Shown piece after piece: positions 1-13,341 of a stretch of 64,000 nt of DNA (positions within the stretch are counted from its first letter, which is position 1; each line of letters opens with the position of its first letter). The position numbers and the translations under genes were made by a program. Under the pieces are notes generated by a model, which searched no databases, was not told the DNA's origin, and worked only from the letters and a program-made list of their open reading frames with translations. The DNA is from Octopus vulgaris (Eukaryota). The stretch spans positions 68,200,001 through 68,264,000 of the forward strand of contig OX597831.1 of assembly GCA_951406725.2 (NCBI GenBank), in the 5' to 3' direction.

Positions 1-290
1 CTCTTACCAGCATTGTATTGCATCAGTTTCTTTTGTTATGGGATCTGGTGCAGTCTTTCGTTGTATTAGTGTTTGTGCTGTGTGTAATGTGCTGGTGGTT
101 GTTTATTTTATTGGATATTTGCTATATTAAGTGTGTCTTGTGTTTGAGAATTGTCTTGTTTGGGTTGTATTATTGAATTGATAGTGACTTGCATAGAATG
201 TGGGCTGTTCCTAACAAGGCTATCTTTTGGATAGTGCGTAGTATTGAGGGTCCAGGTGTAGCTTCTACATTTTTCTTTCTATATTTTTTT
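1..290 (-). mobile_element. 3' end of an R4/Dong-like (RLE-type) non-LTR retrotransposon (ORF C-terminus + 3' UTR)
   Basis: Minus strand reads PGPSILRTIQKIALLGTAHILCKSLSIQ* (stop ~170-172), matching the typical C-terminal 'QK.ALLGTA.IL' motif of R4-clade elements. Confidence 0.75.
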
Positions 291-691
291 AAGTTAGAAT
301 TTCTGGCTCATTTGTTGATGTGTGTAAGTAAACAACAACTAAAGGAAACACACTGAGACATATATATATGAATGTATTTGTGTGTGTGTGTATAGTTTAG
401 GTTAGTTAAAACATGATTTCGATAATAAGTGTCGCGTGGTGGAAATAAACACTAATACATTCGTGTATGTTTTTCAGTTGAGACACTGTGAATCATTTTG
501 GAGATTTATTGTTTTAATAGCGAGTTTTAAAATATGGATAATCGCATGAGAGACGCAGCACGTGAGCGTCAGCATAGAAGGAGAGAATGATCGCGCGATG
601 ACATTTTGTTTGGATTATATAGTCATTGACATTACGTTACTTTCTATATTCTGTAACTGTCACAATATACTTTTCTAAAGCCTGCAATTTT

Positions 692-816
692 TGTGGGGAA
701 GGGGCCAGTTGATTAGATCGACCCCAGTACACAACTGGTACTTATTTTATCGACCTGAAAGGACGAAAGGCAAAGTCGACCTCGGCAGAATTTGAACTCA
801 GAACGTAATGACAGAC
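692..816 (-). mobile_element. SINE family C fragment (tRNA-derived)
   Basis: Reverse complement of ttctgagttcaaattc..cgaggtcgactttgcctttc..gtcgataaaataagtaccagt, shared with copies at 24755 and 63816. Confidence 0.8.
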
Positions 817-1421
817 AGTCATAATATACAAACATTTCTCATGAAACCAGTACACTGTTTACAGATGCTTACATCTTTTATGTTTTCTGTGAATTTTTCA
901 CAGGTGCAGCTAGTTATTATTATTATTATTATTATTATTATGGTTTATGTACTAATTTTGATATTTCAAGATAAAATGCATACAACTATAATTATAACTT
1001 GTACTTTTTAAATAAGTTCCATGAAAAATTCCAATTCTGTATACATATATATGAATACACTTTTGCTTGTCCATATATGAACGTATCTTTGCACATCTTC
1101 CAATATCTGTGTCTGTGTGTAAGAGAGAGTATATGCGTGTGCATGTATGTGTGTATGCATGTCTGTATATACAGACTCTTGAAATGCTGTATTGGTTTTA
1201 GTATGTGTTAATAATCTTTGTGAGAGAAAATTCGTTTTATCTGTGTATCTACAAACCAAGGAACTATTTTTGAAGTCTTGTATAATCTTGTGCAAGCTCT
1301 CATAGTCTCATCCAATATAGTCATCAACATTCTTAAGTGAACACTTGAAAAATTTTGAATTTCCCACATGAAACCATTGGTAGCATTGTTAATCTATGAA
1401 TAATGAATATATGAATACGTG

Positions 1422-1423
1422 TA

Positions 1424-1482
<59 letters not shown>
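1422..1482. repeat. (TG)n microsatellite
   Basis: Direct reading. Confidence 0.95.
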
Positions 1483-1484
<2 letters not shown>

Positions 1485-2004
1485 CCATAAAACTGCAGTT
1501 ATTTAGGTGTTTCTTTCAATTTAAATACTGGTTTATACAAAGTACATAATAAAAATAATGAAAATATGCAAGATATAAGCCATAATTCTAGTCATCAACA
1601 TGGAATAATCAAGTTGTTTCACATTTTACTTCAGAAATTTCAGCTAGTGAAGAAATATTATATTATGCAAATTATTATAATTCAGCACTTTCTAGAGCTT
1701 GTTACAATGACAAAATTGAATGTATAACTAATACCAAGGAAAATCACAAATTGTATAATAATGAACCATGTACTAAAGTTAAATAAGAAATGTAACAATA
1801 CAGAATACCATAAAATTTATAACTCTAGAAATAAAGTGAATACCAACAATCAGTTCCTTAAATTACCTAATAACTAAAACAGTATTAATAAGTTTAATAA
1901 CTGTAAATACAAATAAATAATAACAATTATAATACACCCACTGATAAAACTAGTTAGGATTATAATAGTCATCATTCTTTACATAATATCAATAGCAGTG
2001 GTAA

Positions 2005-2670
2005 TTAAATGGTTAATAATAATAATGATGATGATGATAATAATAATAATAATAATTTTGATGATATTAATGATCTTGATAATGGCAGTGGTAATAATAA
2101 TGATGATAACAATAATAATAACATAATTATAATAAATGAAATTTTTGTTGCCATAATAGTAGCAATAATTGTAATAATGATAAATTTGATAATAAATTTC
2201 AGCATATATTACTTTTTAAAATTTATAATACTAGAATCAAATACAATTATAAACAAATAATAAAAGTTTCAAATCTAGTAAACCATTCAATTGGAAACTT
2301 GTATGATATAATACTCCTTTTAGTATTCATGTGTCTATTCTTTCAATCATTAGAGAAACATTTGCCTATTAACAATTAATACCATAAAATATTCAATAGA
2401 CACACAGTTAAATTTTCCTATTCTATGACACCTAACTTACAAATCGACATATCTTCATTGAGCAAAAAAAAAAATAATAATATTAATAATCATTATACTA
2501 ATAATATAAACAAAAATAGAAAAATGACTGCCACTTCTATTACAAATATTATTACTATTGATAATAGTAATAATATTTATAATTATTATCATTATCATAA
2601 TTATTATAGTGATATCGATTACAATTCTAATAGCACTAATGATAATAATTATCATAATATAAATTATGTA
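2005..2670. repeat. (AAT)/(GAT) low-complexity tracts
   Basis: aataat/gatgat runs that produce spurious Asn/Asp/Ile-rich ORFs. Confidence 0.85.
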
Positions 2671-3945
2671 GGAAGGCAGGCAAATCACAAATCCTTTCAG
2701 GTAGATGGCCCTGCTTAATCTATAGAAAAGGCATAGGTAGATACTCCATAAGATGTGCCTGGCGTAAGCTACTGACACATACGAGGTGCAGCAATATCAG
2801 AGAAAGGTTAACAGAGAAAATAGCTTTTGTGTGTGGAAGATTCACAGGTACAATAAAAACCATAAATGTACAGAAAATAGACTCCATCAACTGCCATGGC
2901 GGGTAAGCTAGAGGTAGTAGATAGCTTCACTTATCTAGGTGACCAAGTTACGTAGTAGAAGAGATGGGTGTTCTGAAAGTGTAGCTGTGAGAATAAAATA
3001 GGCTGGGTAAAGTTCAGAGAGCCCCTACTACTGCTGGCAACAAAGGGCTTCTCCCTCAGAGTGAAAGGCAGATTGTATAACATCTGTGTGTGAACTGCTG
3101 TTTCACAGCAGTGAAACATGTGTTGGGGCAGCCAAGGACATGCATAGGCGTGAAGTCAGTATACTTTACTGGATGTGCAATGTCAGTGTGCATGTACAAC
3201 AAAGTGTAAGCATCTGGAGAGAAAAACTGGGCATAAGAGGCATCAGATGTGGTGCTCAAGATAGACAACTGCGTTGGTAAGGTCATGTGATGCATATGGA
3301 CGACAAACTGTGTAAAGAAGTGCCAGTCTCTAATTGTGGAGGAAACCTGTGGTAGAAGTAGACCTAGGAAGACATGGGATGAAGTGATGAAGCATGGTCT
3401 TCGAACTTTGGGCCTGATTCAGGCAATGACTAGTGACTAAGACCTTTGGCAACATGCTGTGCTTGCGAAAACCTGTCAAGCCAAGTGAACTCGCAGTCAT
3501 GGCTGATGCTGGTGTTATGTAACCAGCATACATGCCGGTTGCACGTAAAAACCACCTTTGGAGTGTTAGGCCTCATGGAGGCAAGATGATTCTGGTGACA
3601 TGTGAAAAGCAGTTGTCATGTGTTTGACCTCATGGAGGCAATAACGAATGACCAAGACCATTTGGCATTATGTCATGCTTGAGAAGAAGACCTATCAAGC
3701 CAAGTAAAATCGCAGTTGTGACAGACACTGGTGCCATGCAAATGGTGCACATGCCAGTGGCATGTAAATGCAACAATTACACTCTCGGAGTGGTTGACAT
3801 TAGGAAGGGCATCCAGCTGTAGAAACCATGCTAAATCAGACTTGAGTTTGGTACAGTTTTCCAGCTTGCCAGCCCTGGTCAAACCATCCAACCCATGCCA
3901 GCATGGATGAAAGGTGTTAAATGATGATGATGATGATGATGAAGA
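2667..3945 (+). mobile_element. 5'-truncated, decayed RTE-clade LINE with 3' UTR and (GAT)n tail
   Basis: Frameshifted peptides GRWPC..(Cys-rich), KLEVVDSFTYLGD, GWVKFRE..KGFSLRVKGRLY, LRW*GHV, GRSRPRKTW; ends in gatgatgat; the ORF end and UTR start are duplicated (~3428-3556 vs ~3640-3775). Confidence 0.9.
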
Positions 3946-3956
3946 TGAATATTGAA

Positions 3957-4175
3957 AGGTGGGGAGCTGGTAGAATCATTAGTATACTAGGCAAGATGTT
4001 TAATGGTACTGTGTCCATCTTTACATTCTAAGTTCAAATTCCACTGAGGTTAACTTTGCATTTCATCCTTTCAGGGTCAATAAAATAAGTACTAGTTGAA
4101 TAGCTCTGGTGCTGAAGTAATTGACTTCCCAATACCTGCAAATTTTCAGGCCTTGTACCTATTGAAGAAAGGTAT
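3957..4175 (+). mobile_element. SINE family C, decayed
   Basis: ggtggggagctggtagaatc head, agttcaaatt B-box-like motif, tttcatcctttcagggtcaataaaataagtac body. Confidence 0.75.
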
Positions 4176-4787
4176 ATTCCTCATAGTGGCAATTCTAAAA
4201 ATAATGATTATTATTATCATAATGATAATGACTTTGGATGTAATAATGGTAATAAGAATAACTATAATATTATAAGACCTAATATAATCAAATTATGTTA
4301 CTGTCGAAAAATCGTCTCTACCTTTTAAGCAACAAATGTCTACAAGAAAACATTATTCATAAGTGATCTCTTCATACTGATCAAAGAACATACTGATATA
4401 TATAGGTGCTACTTCTACTAAATTCAAATTAAGATATAACCATTTGTGTTCCTTTAAATATAGAAGAAAATCTAATAATATTTCTTTGGCAACTTTAATA
4501 TTAGACTTAAAAGATAAAAAGGTAGGATACACACTATCTTAAACTATCATAAGAAATGCTGTTCCCTATAAACAAGGTAGTAAATTTTATGATTTATGTT
4601 TATTAGAAAGTGTGGAAATATTAAATTGGAAAAACAACATTAAATAAAATGAACAATCATTAATCCAATGCCTACACAGAAAATATAAGATATTTCAATT
4701 TTTCAAAAATTCACAATAAAAGATTATAATAATGCAAAACATATTACTATCTAAATTTAAACATTTTTCATGTTTGTATTGGTATCT

Positions 4788-4800
4788 ATCTCTCTCTCTC

Positions 4801-4878
<78 letters not shown>

Positions 4879-4898
4879 TATATATATATATTATATGT
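4788..4898. repeat. Compound (TC)(TA)(CA) microsatellite
   Basis: Direct reading. Confidence 0.9.
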
Positions 4899-5203
4899 GT
4901 GGAGGTGCAATGTACCAGTGGTTAGGGCAGCGGACTCGTGGTTGTAGGATCGCGGTTTCGATTCCCAGACTGGGTGTTGTGAGTGTTTATTGACCGAAAA
5001 CACCTAGAGCTCCACGAGGCTCCGGCAGTGGGTGGTGGCGATCCCTGCTGTACTCTTTCGCCACAACTTTCTCTCTCTCTCTTTCTTTTGTTGGCCTGCT
5101 CGCTTAGCCAGCGGGGTGGCGTCATTTGAAGGCTAAAACAATGCGAAGCGCATTGTGACCAGCGATGTGTAGCAACATCTGATAGCCTGGTCGGTCACGG
5201 TGA
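4899..5203 (+). mobile_element. SINE family B, tail type 1 (tRNA-derived)
   Basis: A-box-like gtaccagtggttagg and B-box ggtttcgattcc; homologous to 36926-37220; flanked by (TA)n. Confidence 0.85.
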
Positions 5204-5955
5204 TATATATATATATGTATATATATGTGTATATATGTATGTCTATATATATGAATGTGTGTGTGTGCATGGTTATATATGAGTCAATATATATCCATAT
5301 CTATACACCACACACAGATATATATATATATATATATATTTTTTTTTTTTTTCTTTTTTCTAATTATCTTTTTTTATTTCTAGACCCAAAACAATGCAAA
5401 TTATAAGAAATAATACAGGTTGATTATTTATTCATTTACCTAGTATTACAATGTTTCAGGGTTAGGAACTCTTTTTCAGGAAATCTTTAACCTCTATAAT
5501 TTTTTCTACCTTGTGTTCTTTTGGTTTTATTAAAGTACACATGCGTGTGCTCACCCCCCCCCCCCCACACACACATGTAAAAATATGTATGTGTATTGAA
5601 GTTCATAATATGGAAGATAGAATATTTCTTGCTATTATTGCATTCGTAAATTAATTAAATATATTAATTAAATTTACAAGAATATAGAACAATTGTAGTT
5701 GCCTGTCATGTCTGATATCTCTGATTGTTTATGCATCTAATGATTGAACTTATCAATTAATTAACTTACAAATGTAGTTATGGCTAAAATATTTAGTTAT
5801 ATTATGTAGTAAAATTAAGCTTGAAAAATAGACATGACTGGCATGTTGGTTTTTCCTTTCTCTCTCTGTATCGATCTCTCTGTGTGTCTGTCTGGCTACT
5901 TATCCATCCATCCATCCACACAAATATACATACATACACACACACACATACATAC

Positions 5956-6510
5956 ATGGTGACTGCCCCCTCGTTATCGAGTATGGCCATTGCACGAAGC
6001 TTAATCAATGTTGTTATCGTGCAATGCCTGTGCAAGAAGATTTTTTTTTAAAGTGAGGAAAGGCTGTGCACTGAGTCAATCCCACTCGCTAAGCAACAGC
6101 AGCCATAATCTGAAAAGAAGAACAAGTCAACATCATCGGTAACAACTGAGCCACAGGTTTTATGTTGGAGTTATCCCAGTTACCTGAGTTACCTTCTCCT
6201 AGAAGGATGCCCTAACAAAGGCTGAGAGTCCTTCACTACCAATAGTTTAACAGCGCGATCGGGTATTCAGTCTCATTATTTCTATGTCCCTGCGCATGAT
6301 ACAGCCTTAAGATATTTATTGGTTGGCCGTTGACTCTCAAGAGTTCCTCCGCCCTTTTACGGGTTTTGTTTTTCATCCCACAGGGTGTCCAATAAACACT
6401 CTCCTCACCAAGCAAGCTTGGTGGGGTTGCCGGTTTAGTCGCTGATGATCCAACCATGCAACAGGTTGTACTGGGTTACATGTTACCAGAGCACTCGAAA
6501 GTGACCTGAC
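5956..6510 (-). mobile_element. ~550-bp non-autonomous element, probably RTE-derived (5' UTR-like head + 3' tail)
   Basis: Near-full homolog at 49164-49679; minus strand contains gggcatccttctaggagaagg, an RTE 5' UTR-like motif; no ORF; both copies lie in (CA/TA)n tracts. Confidence 0.7.
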
Positions 6511-7399
6511 ATACACACACACACATACATACATACACACATAAACATACATACATGCACATGCACATACATGATATAAATCTTTGCCAGTTATATCAGT
6601 GAGAAACATTTTTTAAATCCTGATAGCCCTTGCTGCTCTTATTCTCAAGATTTCAGTGAACCAGTAACTTTTCTGTTAGAAGAACCTGTAACGAACATGT
6701 ATCCAACATGTTGAATACCTAAGCTACCTATTCAACACCACACCTAGCTTCTATTTATTTTTTATTACACATCCTTATCTAAACCAATTGTATTCTCCTC
6801 ATTGGATACATTCTCTGAGCTCATTTAATAGTCATATAAATCTTACTCCACACCCCACAAGCCTTAGATTGCCACTGCTCTGTTTTACCATAATCCTATT
6901 GTAGCAGTTTATGAAATACTGTAACTGTTGTAACTCTTTACTTTTTTGTACATTAGATTATGTGAAACTTCTTGGTGTTATTCTTGATAATAAAGTTAAT
7001 ATTGCCATTATTATAATAACCAGAAGACTTTTCTATATGAATAAACATAAAGTTAATTTGTATGACCCTATTTTAATGATATCTTTCAAATATATAACGT
7101 GTTAAATGATTCTTTTGACACCTCATAATATAATGTATCACTTGAAATATAGCTTTACAGAATGCTATGTTGTTGATTATTTTAACTTGTTAATATATTC
7201 TGGATTCCATAATTCAAGGTAACTAAACTTGTATTCCTTTTGTATTGGAAAAGTTAATCAGTTTACCAAAAAAAACTGTTCTTGTTGCTGCTGCTGTTGT
7301 ATAATGAAACATTCAGATTTTCTTTCTGTATAGAGACCAATTTTCAATATTGATTTTTATTTAACCACTTTGTTGAACCTTGTGCTAACTAGAAAGTCT

Positions 7400-7555
7400 C
7401 TTCATGGTTACCCACTTTGTAAGGAAAGTAGTCAAATAGCTCTCAAATCATATTTTAAAAAAAGGAGGCATCAGATAATTAGTCTTAGATACAAACTACA
7501 CAAAAAACGGTATGCTCATTGCTAGAACATCTTTGATAGTAAGTTTGATTGGTCA
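7400..7555 (+). mobile_element. Old decayed interspersed repeat (family E, probable SINE)
   Basis: Similar to 47940-48115 (+), 46785-46970 (-) and the flanks of the piggyBac MITE at 14840-15250 (-). Confidence 0.5.
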
Positions 7556-7778
7556 CTCTTTTACTTTTTTACTCTTTTACTTGTTTCAGTCATTTGACTG
7601 CGGCCATGCTGGAGCACCGCTTTTAATCGAGCAACTCGACCCCGGGACTTATTCTTTTGTAAGCCTAGTACTTATTCTATCAGTCTCTTTTGCTGAACCG
7701 CTAAGTGACGGGGGGGGGACTTAAACACACCAGAATCGGCTGTCAAGCAATGCTAGGGGGACAAACACAGACACACAA

Positions 7779-7857
<79 letters not shown>

Positions 7858-8022
7858 TACGACAGGCTTCTTTCAGTTTCCGTCTACCAAATCCACTCAC
7901 AAGGCATTGGTCTGCCTGCGGCTATAGCAGAAGACACTTGCCCAAGATGCCATGCAGTGGGACTGAACCCGGAACCATGTGGTTGGTTAGCAAGCTGCTT
8001 ACCACACAGCCACTCCTGCGCC
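7556..8022 (-). mobile_element. SINE family A (tRNA head + CORE-like domain + internal (TA)n + (gtaaaaga)n tail)
   Basis: Minus strand gcaggagtggctgtgtggtaag..gggttcagtcc..cttgggcaagtgtcttct..gactgaaacaagtaaaagag; many copies in window. Confidence 0.9.
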
Positions 8023-9713
8023 ACTCCTGTGCAAACTTGGCAATAAACAACAAGAAATATAATGTGCTAAATGATTATGTATATATTGTTAAAAGCACAA
8101 TAGGTTTCTGGTTATTGATTTAAATTTTAAGGTTGTTTCCAAACAAATTACTCTTTTCATTCAAACACCAGGACATTTCTAAATAGTGCTGTGTGTAATG
8201 CTCAGTTCAAATAATATCTTCTCAAGAAGAATGTTATAAAGTGGCAGCCAAATTTTAAAGAATTACTCTGATTTGTTGGCATAGATGAAATTAAAACTTA
8301 ATTAATTTTAGTACATTTTTCAAAATTAGTTTTCTAAAGTATAAAAATTAGGGTTTGTACACAGGTTTGAGATAAACAACCAATTATTTTAATTGAAGTA
8401 GCAGAAGTGTTGTGCAGTGAGAGTTCTGGGTACACTTAATACACAAAATAGTGTTGATTGCCAAATATAATTATTATAGTTACAATGATAATGCTTTTAG
8501 AAAAGGCTTGGCAAACAATACCTCTCTTGTTTCTCCATTTCTATAAATCAGACACCATGCCAAACCAAGAAATCGTTATTATCAGAGTTTAATCTTTATT
8601 GTAACCTTAATTTTGCTCTCTGTCACAAGATAACCATTAACAAAATTTTATTTTGATTTATATTTCTTCTAATTTTCTATTTTTTAAAATAAAATACACA
8701 AGAATTATTAACTTCTTCAGTTCAATAATACTTGCAAAAAACATTAGAATTCTTGAATTATTATTTTAATCCTAAACATTTCCAAAAGTCTTGTATTTTC
8801 AATGAAGTAAAATAAATATAGAAGTAGCAAGAATGATACCAGATTCTAAAGTTTCATTTGATTTCTACCATCAAAAATGGCATTTATAAATATTTTATTT
8901 TCATGTCAACAAATAAAAGAGAAACTATAAAAATCAATGAGGGATCGTTTCCCTATTTGTACTGTATATTCAGTGCAGTAACCAAACCTTTGTCACCAAA
9001 CACTTCCCACTCCTTAACATAAAAACTGCATCTTTTCCATCTCAATTCTGGGGTGATATCTTACAATGTAAGCCATACTGTGGTTGTAGCTAAAATGTCT
9101 CTCTATTCCTACAATGGTTCTATTGAAGCAAAACTGAACTGTTATCATGAAAGAACAATGCTAAACTATTAAATAGAATACTTCATTCAATCAAAGAATC
9201 TGATCCTAACACCATTAGTCATATTTGTTGTGGGTTTGTTTTTTCAGTTTTAGTTTTTTAGGAAAAAGAAAAATTTGTAAAATTCCCATATATTTTTGTA
9301 TTGAAGTATTTTCTGGCTCATAAAATTGTAATACAGAAAAAAAATCTTTGCCACGATATCAGGAAAAAAATATTTTTTAATAAATATATTGGTCTATCTC
9401 ATTGTTTATTCATATTTTTATCATACAAATCATAAAATTTGACCAGTCATCCATAGAAGATGATTCCATAACCTCAGGTATTGGAACTCAGATAACACAT
9501 TCTAATACATCTTATTCTCATTCCACATCTATAACAAAAGAAAAAAAATTATGTCTATTTTTATTTCTAATAAATTCTTCTTTAAAAAGGAAAAAAATAG
9601 TTAAGAATTGTGTCAAAAGGAGAATTTATACTGGAAAAGAAAAAGTAAAGCAAAAAGTAAAGTTTTCAACAATCGCAAATAGTCTAAGTTTTTGTCAAAA
9701 ATATCATGTTGAA

Positions 9714-9950
9714 GTGTAGTAAGAATATCAATGTAGTCTGTCTGAATAATGCTTTTGTCTAGACACAGATGCCCTATCATTCTAGCAGGGAAAATAATTA
9801 TGTGATGTTAATGCTTTAACAAGAGTATTGTGTCAAAATGTAGTAAGCATATCATTATCGTCTATCTGGATAATGCTTTTGTCTAGACACAGATGCCCTA
9901 CTATGCTAGGAAACAGAATGGTTATGTGATGTTAATGCTTTAACAAGAGT
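9714..9950. repeat. Two-copy tandem duplication, period 124 bp
   Basis: taatgcttttgtctagacacagatgcccta occurs at 9747 and 9871; ttatgtgatgttaatgctttaacaagagta is also repeated. Confidence 0.9.
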
Positions 9951-11220
9951 ACTTTTATTAGTAAAAGGAAGGGGTTCAGTCTGGAATCAGCTCGCCATCA
10001 GGGTCTCAGTGTATTGGGAGTTGATTCATTGCTTTATAACACTCCATGTTACCTAATTAAAGTTTAATGTACTAAATATGTTGATAGATAAATGATTACA
10101 ATTATTTCATAATCATCACCACCACCATAACCACCATCGTCAATCATATTTCAGATAAATTGCTATCAATTGTACCTTGCCCATTTAAATATACAGAAAG
10201 TAGATATGAACATTGGTTCCATTCATACTTGTGAAATTATTAAATAACCTAAATAAATTAAGAAATATTTTGTACAAAGACTGCAAACAATGGTAAATTA
10301 TTCTTTTGTCATATTATATTTTCTCCAGTGAAATAAAGTACTTGACAAAGTGAAGTGAAGGTGTAATAGGTAGACCGAGTTGGTGGAAAGTGAAACATTT
10401 CCAAAGTGCAACGGTTATGTGAATGAAATGAACTAGCACCAAGTTTATATAAAACTACCATCACAGTACAAGTATATGCTTAAACTTGAGCATCATACAC
10501 ACTCTATCTTGTTTTTAAAACTATAAAATCATTCCAAAATCTAAAACACTTCCTACTCAAGCGACTTTGATTAAAAGACTATCAACTGCACCAATTCCTT
10601 TTCAGAAAGAGCATTAGTCTAAAACAAATATTGTGGTAAAGAAAGTTCCAGATAAAATCCTTTAATCAAATTTAAGAGAGAGATATAGTGTTAGCCACCA
10701 TTTCTAGCATGATCTTAGAAGATGATATAGGGAACATAACTGCTTTTACAGATAAGCTGCTTTTCTCATAATTTTCTTTCATTACATACACCATACATCT
10801 TTAACAATTTATTAAGTACATTAAAGATATTAAAATTCCTCACTTGGCTTTCCAAGAAGCTTTGATCTCATACTGGTCTTTCTCAAAAATGAGAAAGACA
10901 TTTTTTGAAGTGTCTTTTTAGCAGCTATAAATAGTGATGATTGCATAGCATGTACAGCAGGTAGAGCATCTCGTAGCTGTATTGGTAGCTGTATGTATCG
11001 ATGACTGTACAACAGGCAGAATATGTCTCACAACAAGGTCTGTCATTGGGAAGTGTTTAAATTTTTTCCCTTTCAAGGGTTACCTTTATTTTTTAACAGT
11101 AGAAGTACTTATAACACAGCAACTGAGGTGAAAATCCATCAATTATAGTAACTACAAACTGGAATTGTATGAATGAGAATGCAGCCTTTAGAAGTCTATT
11201 GATAAGTATCCAAATGTTAT

Positions 11221-11603
11221 ACTCTTTACTCTTTTACTTGTTTCAGTCATTTGACTGTGGCCATGCTGGAGTACCGCCTTTAGTTGAGCAAATCAACCCC
11301 AGGACTTATTCTTTGTAAGCCTAGTACTTATTCTATCGGTCTCTTTTGCTGAACTGTTAGGTGACGGGGACATAAACACACCAGCATCGGTTGTCAAGTG
11401 ATGTTGGGGACACAAACACAGACACACACACACATATATGTATACGTATATACAACAGGCTTTTTTCAGTTTCCGTCTACTAAATCCACTCACAAGGCTT
11501 TGGTCAGCCCGAGGCTATAGTAGAAGACACTTGCCCAAGGTGCCACGCAGTGGGACTGAACCCGGAACCATGTGGCTGGTAAGCAAGCTACTTACCACAC
11601 AGC
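11221..11603 (-). mobile_element. SINE family A
   Basis: Homology to other copies. Confidence 0.9.
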
Positions 11604-13341
11604 TTATAAGAAAAGAATATTTTGGATGATAAAATTTGTTTAATTTTATGAGATAGAAAACAAACTGATACAGATTCACCATATTTTGACTGAAAGTGGT
11701 AGACTACATACTTTTGTTATATGAAGAATTTTTTTATGCTAGTGTATGCTAAAGAATTAGGTCGTGATTCTAAATTTATAATTGTCAAAGTATTCGTTCA
11801 AGTATGAGAGAAATTATCAATGAATAGATTCTTTGATTTAAGTTTGTAGTATATTGTATGTATGAAAGCAGGGATAGTTTTCTTCTCTAGAATAGGATTT
11901 TATAATTTTCTGTTTTTATTTCCCCATGGAACAGAATTTTGATCTGTTACTAAATTAAAATATTTCAATAATAAAAGGTACATCACTATTGATAGCTGCT
12001 ACAGCTGCCTGTTTAAAATTGTTTCTAAGAGAATTGTTAATTTTTTTAGCATCCTCAGATATGGGAAATTGTACCAACAGCCTAATTATCAAAGAATTGA
12101 AAAGGTTGTATTTGGTATAGTATATGAAGAACCCAAGTGCTCTTTCCAATTCCTTACTGGAAGAAGTGGAGGGTATTTTGGATCAGGATGTACTTGCCAA
12201 TAGTAACCCCATAATTTAGTTGATGGAAGATCATATATATGAATTTATGTTTAGTTCTGAATAAATTATTACAATCTGCAGCTCTAAAGAAATTTGGAAA
12301 ATTTGTACTATGCTTTGATTCTGTTTCACCACAAACTAAAACAATCACCTAAATATGAATAAGTATTTATAAGATTATTTACTGTTGGTAAATTCCTTGA
12401 TGACTGCTGAAATACAGATACATTTGTAATGCCCATAACATTTGTAACACTCATAAAAACTTGAGTAGATTGATAGATACTCCCCTACTCCCTACCCCTG
12501 CACTGCTACTTGGAAAGCTGAGTATAGGCTTTACACAGATATTATAAAAAATGTGTGCAGGTACATGGTTTAGAGATTATGACATTTAGCTCACGATCAT
12601 AATGTTGTGGATTCAGTTCCTGCACCAAGTGGCAGAGTGTGTCCTTGAGCAAGACATTTCATCCGATGTTCTCTAACCTAATTGAGTTGAAAAATGTACC
12701 AGTTGAGTACTGGTACAATTCTCTCTCTTTCACTTGACATCCTTGATGTATCACTGGGTCAAAAGGTGGGGGAACTGAAGACATATAAACAGATGGTGGT
12801 TGGCATATATTTCTTTGATTAGTTTTGCATATGCTACAAGTAGCAGTTTAAAAATATTATCAAATATTGCACTATCTTATATAGTGTCTACTGTTTTGAG
12901 GCAAATATGTACAAACAGAAGCTCTGATTTGTAAGGATTAAGACTGGGATTGATAGTTGCTAGGAAATGCTTGAATCTCACATATAACTTTAAAATATCA
13001 ACACAGTGCGGAAGGTTTATTGTTATGCCAAACTTGTCTGATCTATTTCGTCTTTGGATTTGGTTTGCAAGATTCTTTATATGAGTTGGTGTGTTGAAGC
13101 ATATTCTGTTGTGTCTGGGGAGAGTCATTCTCTTTTAGTGCCTTATTATTTAACACACTCACCAGTAAAATTTCACTTATTGTCTGATCTATATATGTTA
13201 ATTTTGTTTCAAGGATTTATGACTTTTAAATTGATTAAACTGTTGATGAAGTGCATTCCTGTGATATGATAACATAAGATAATTTAAGAGACATAACTCT
13301 ATTTTATAACAATCAGCTTCTATTCAAAACAGAATCACCAT

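Noticed and set aside
2009-2718. Asn/Asp-rich ORFs
   Set aside because: Translation of AAT/GAT low-complexity tracts; no domain or splice support
5440-5490. Minus-strand ctgaaaa..gaaacattgta hammerhead-like string
   Set aside because: Core mutated and stem I does not pair; at most a dead relic
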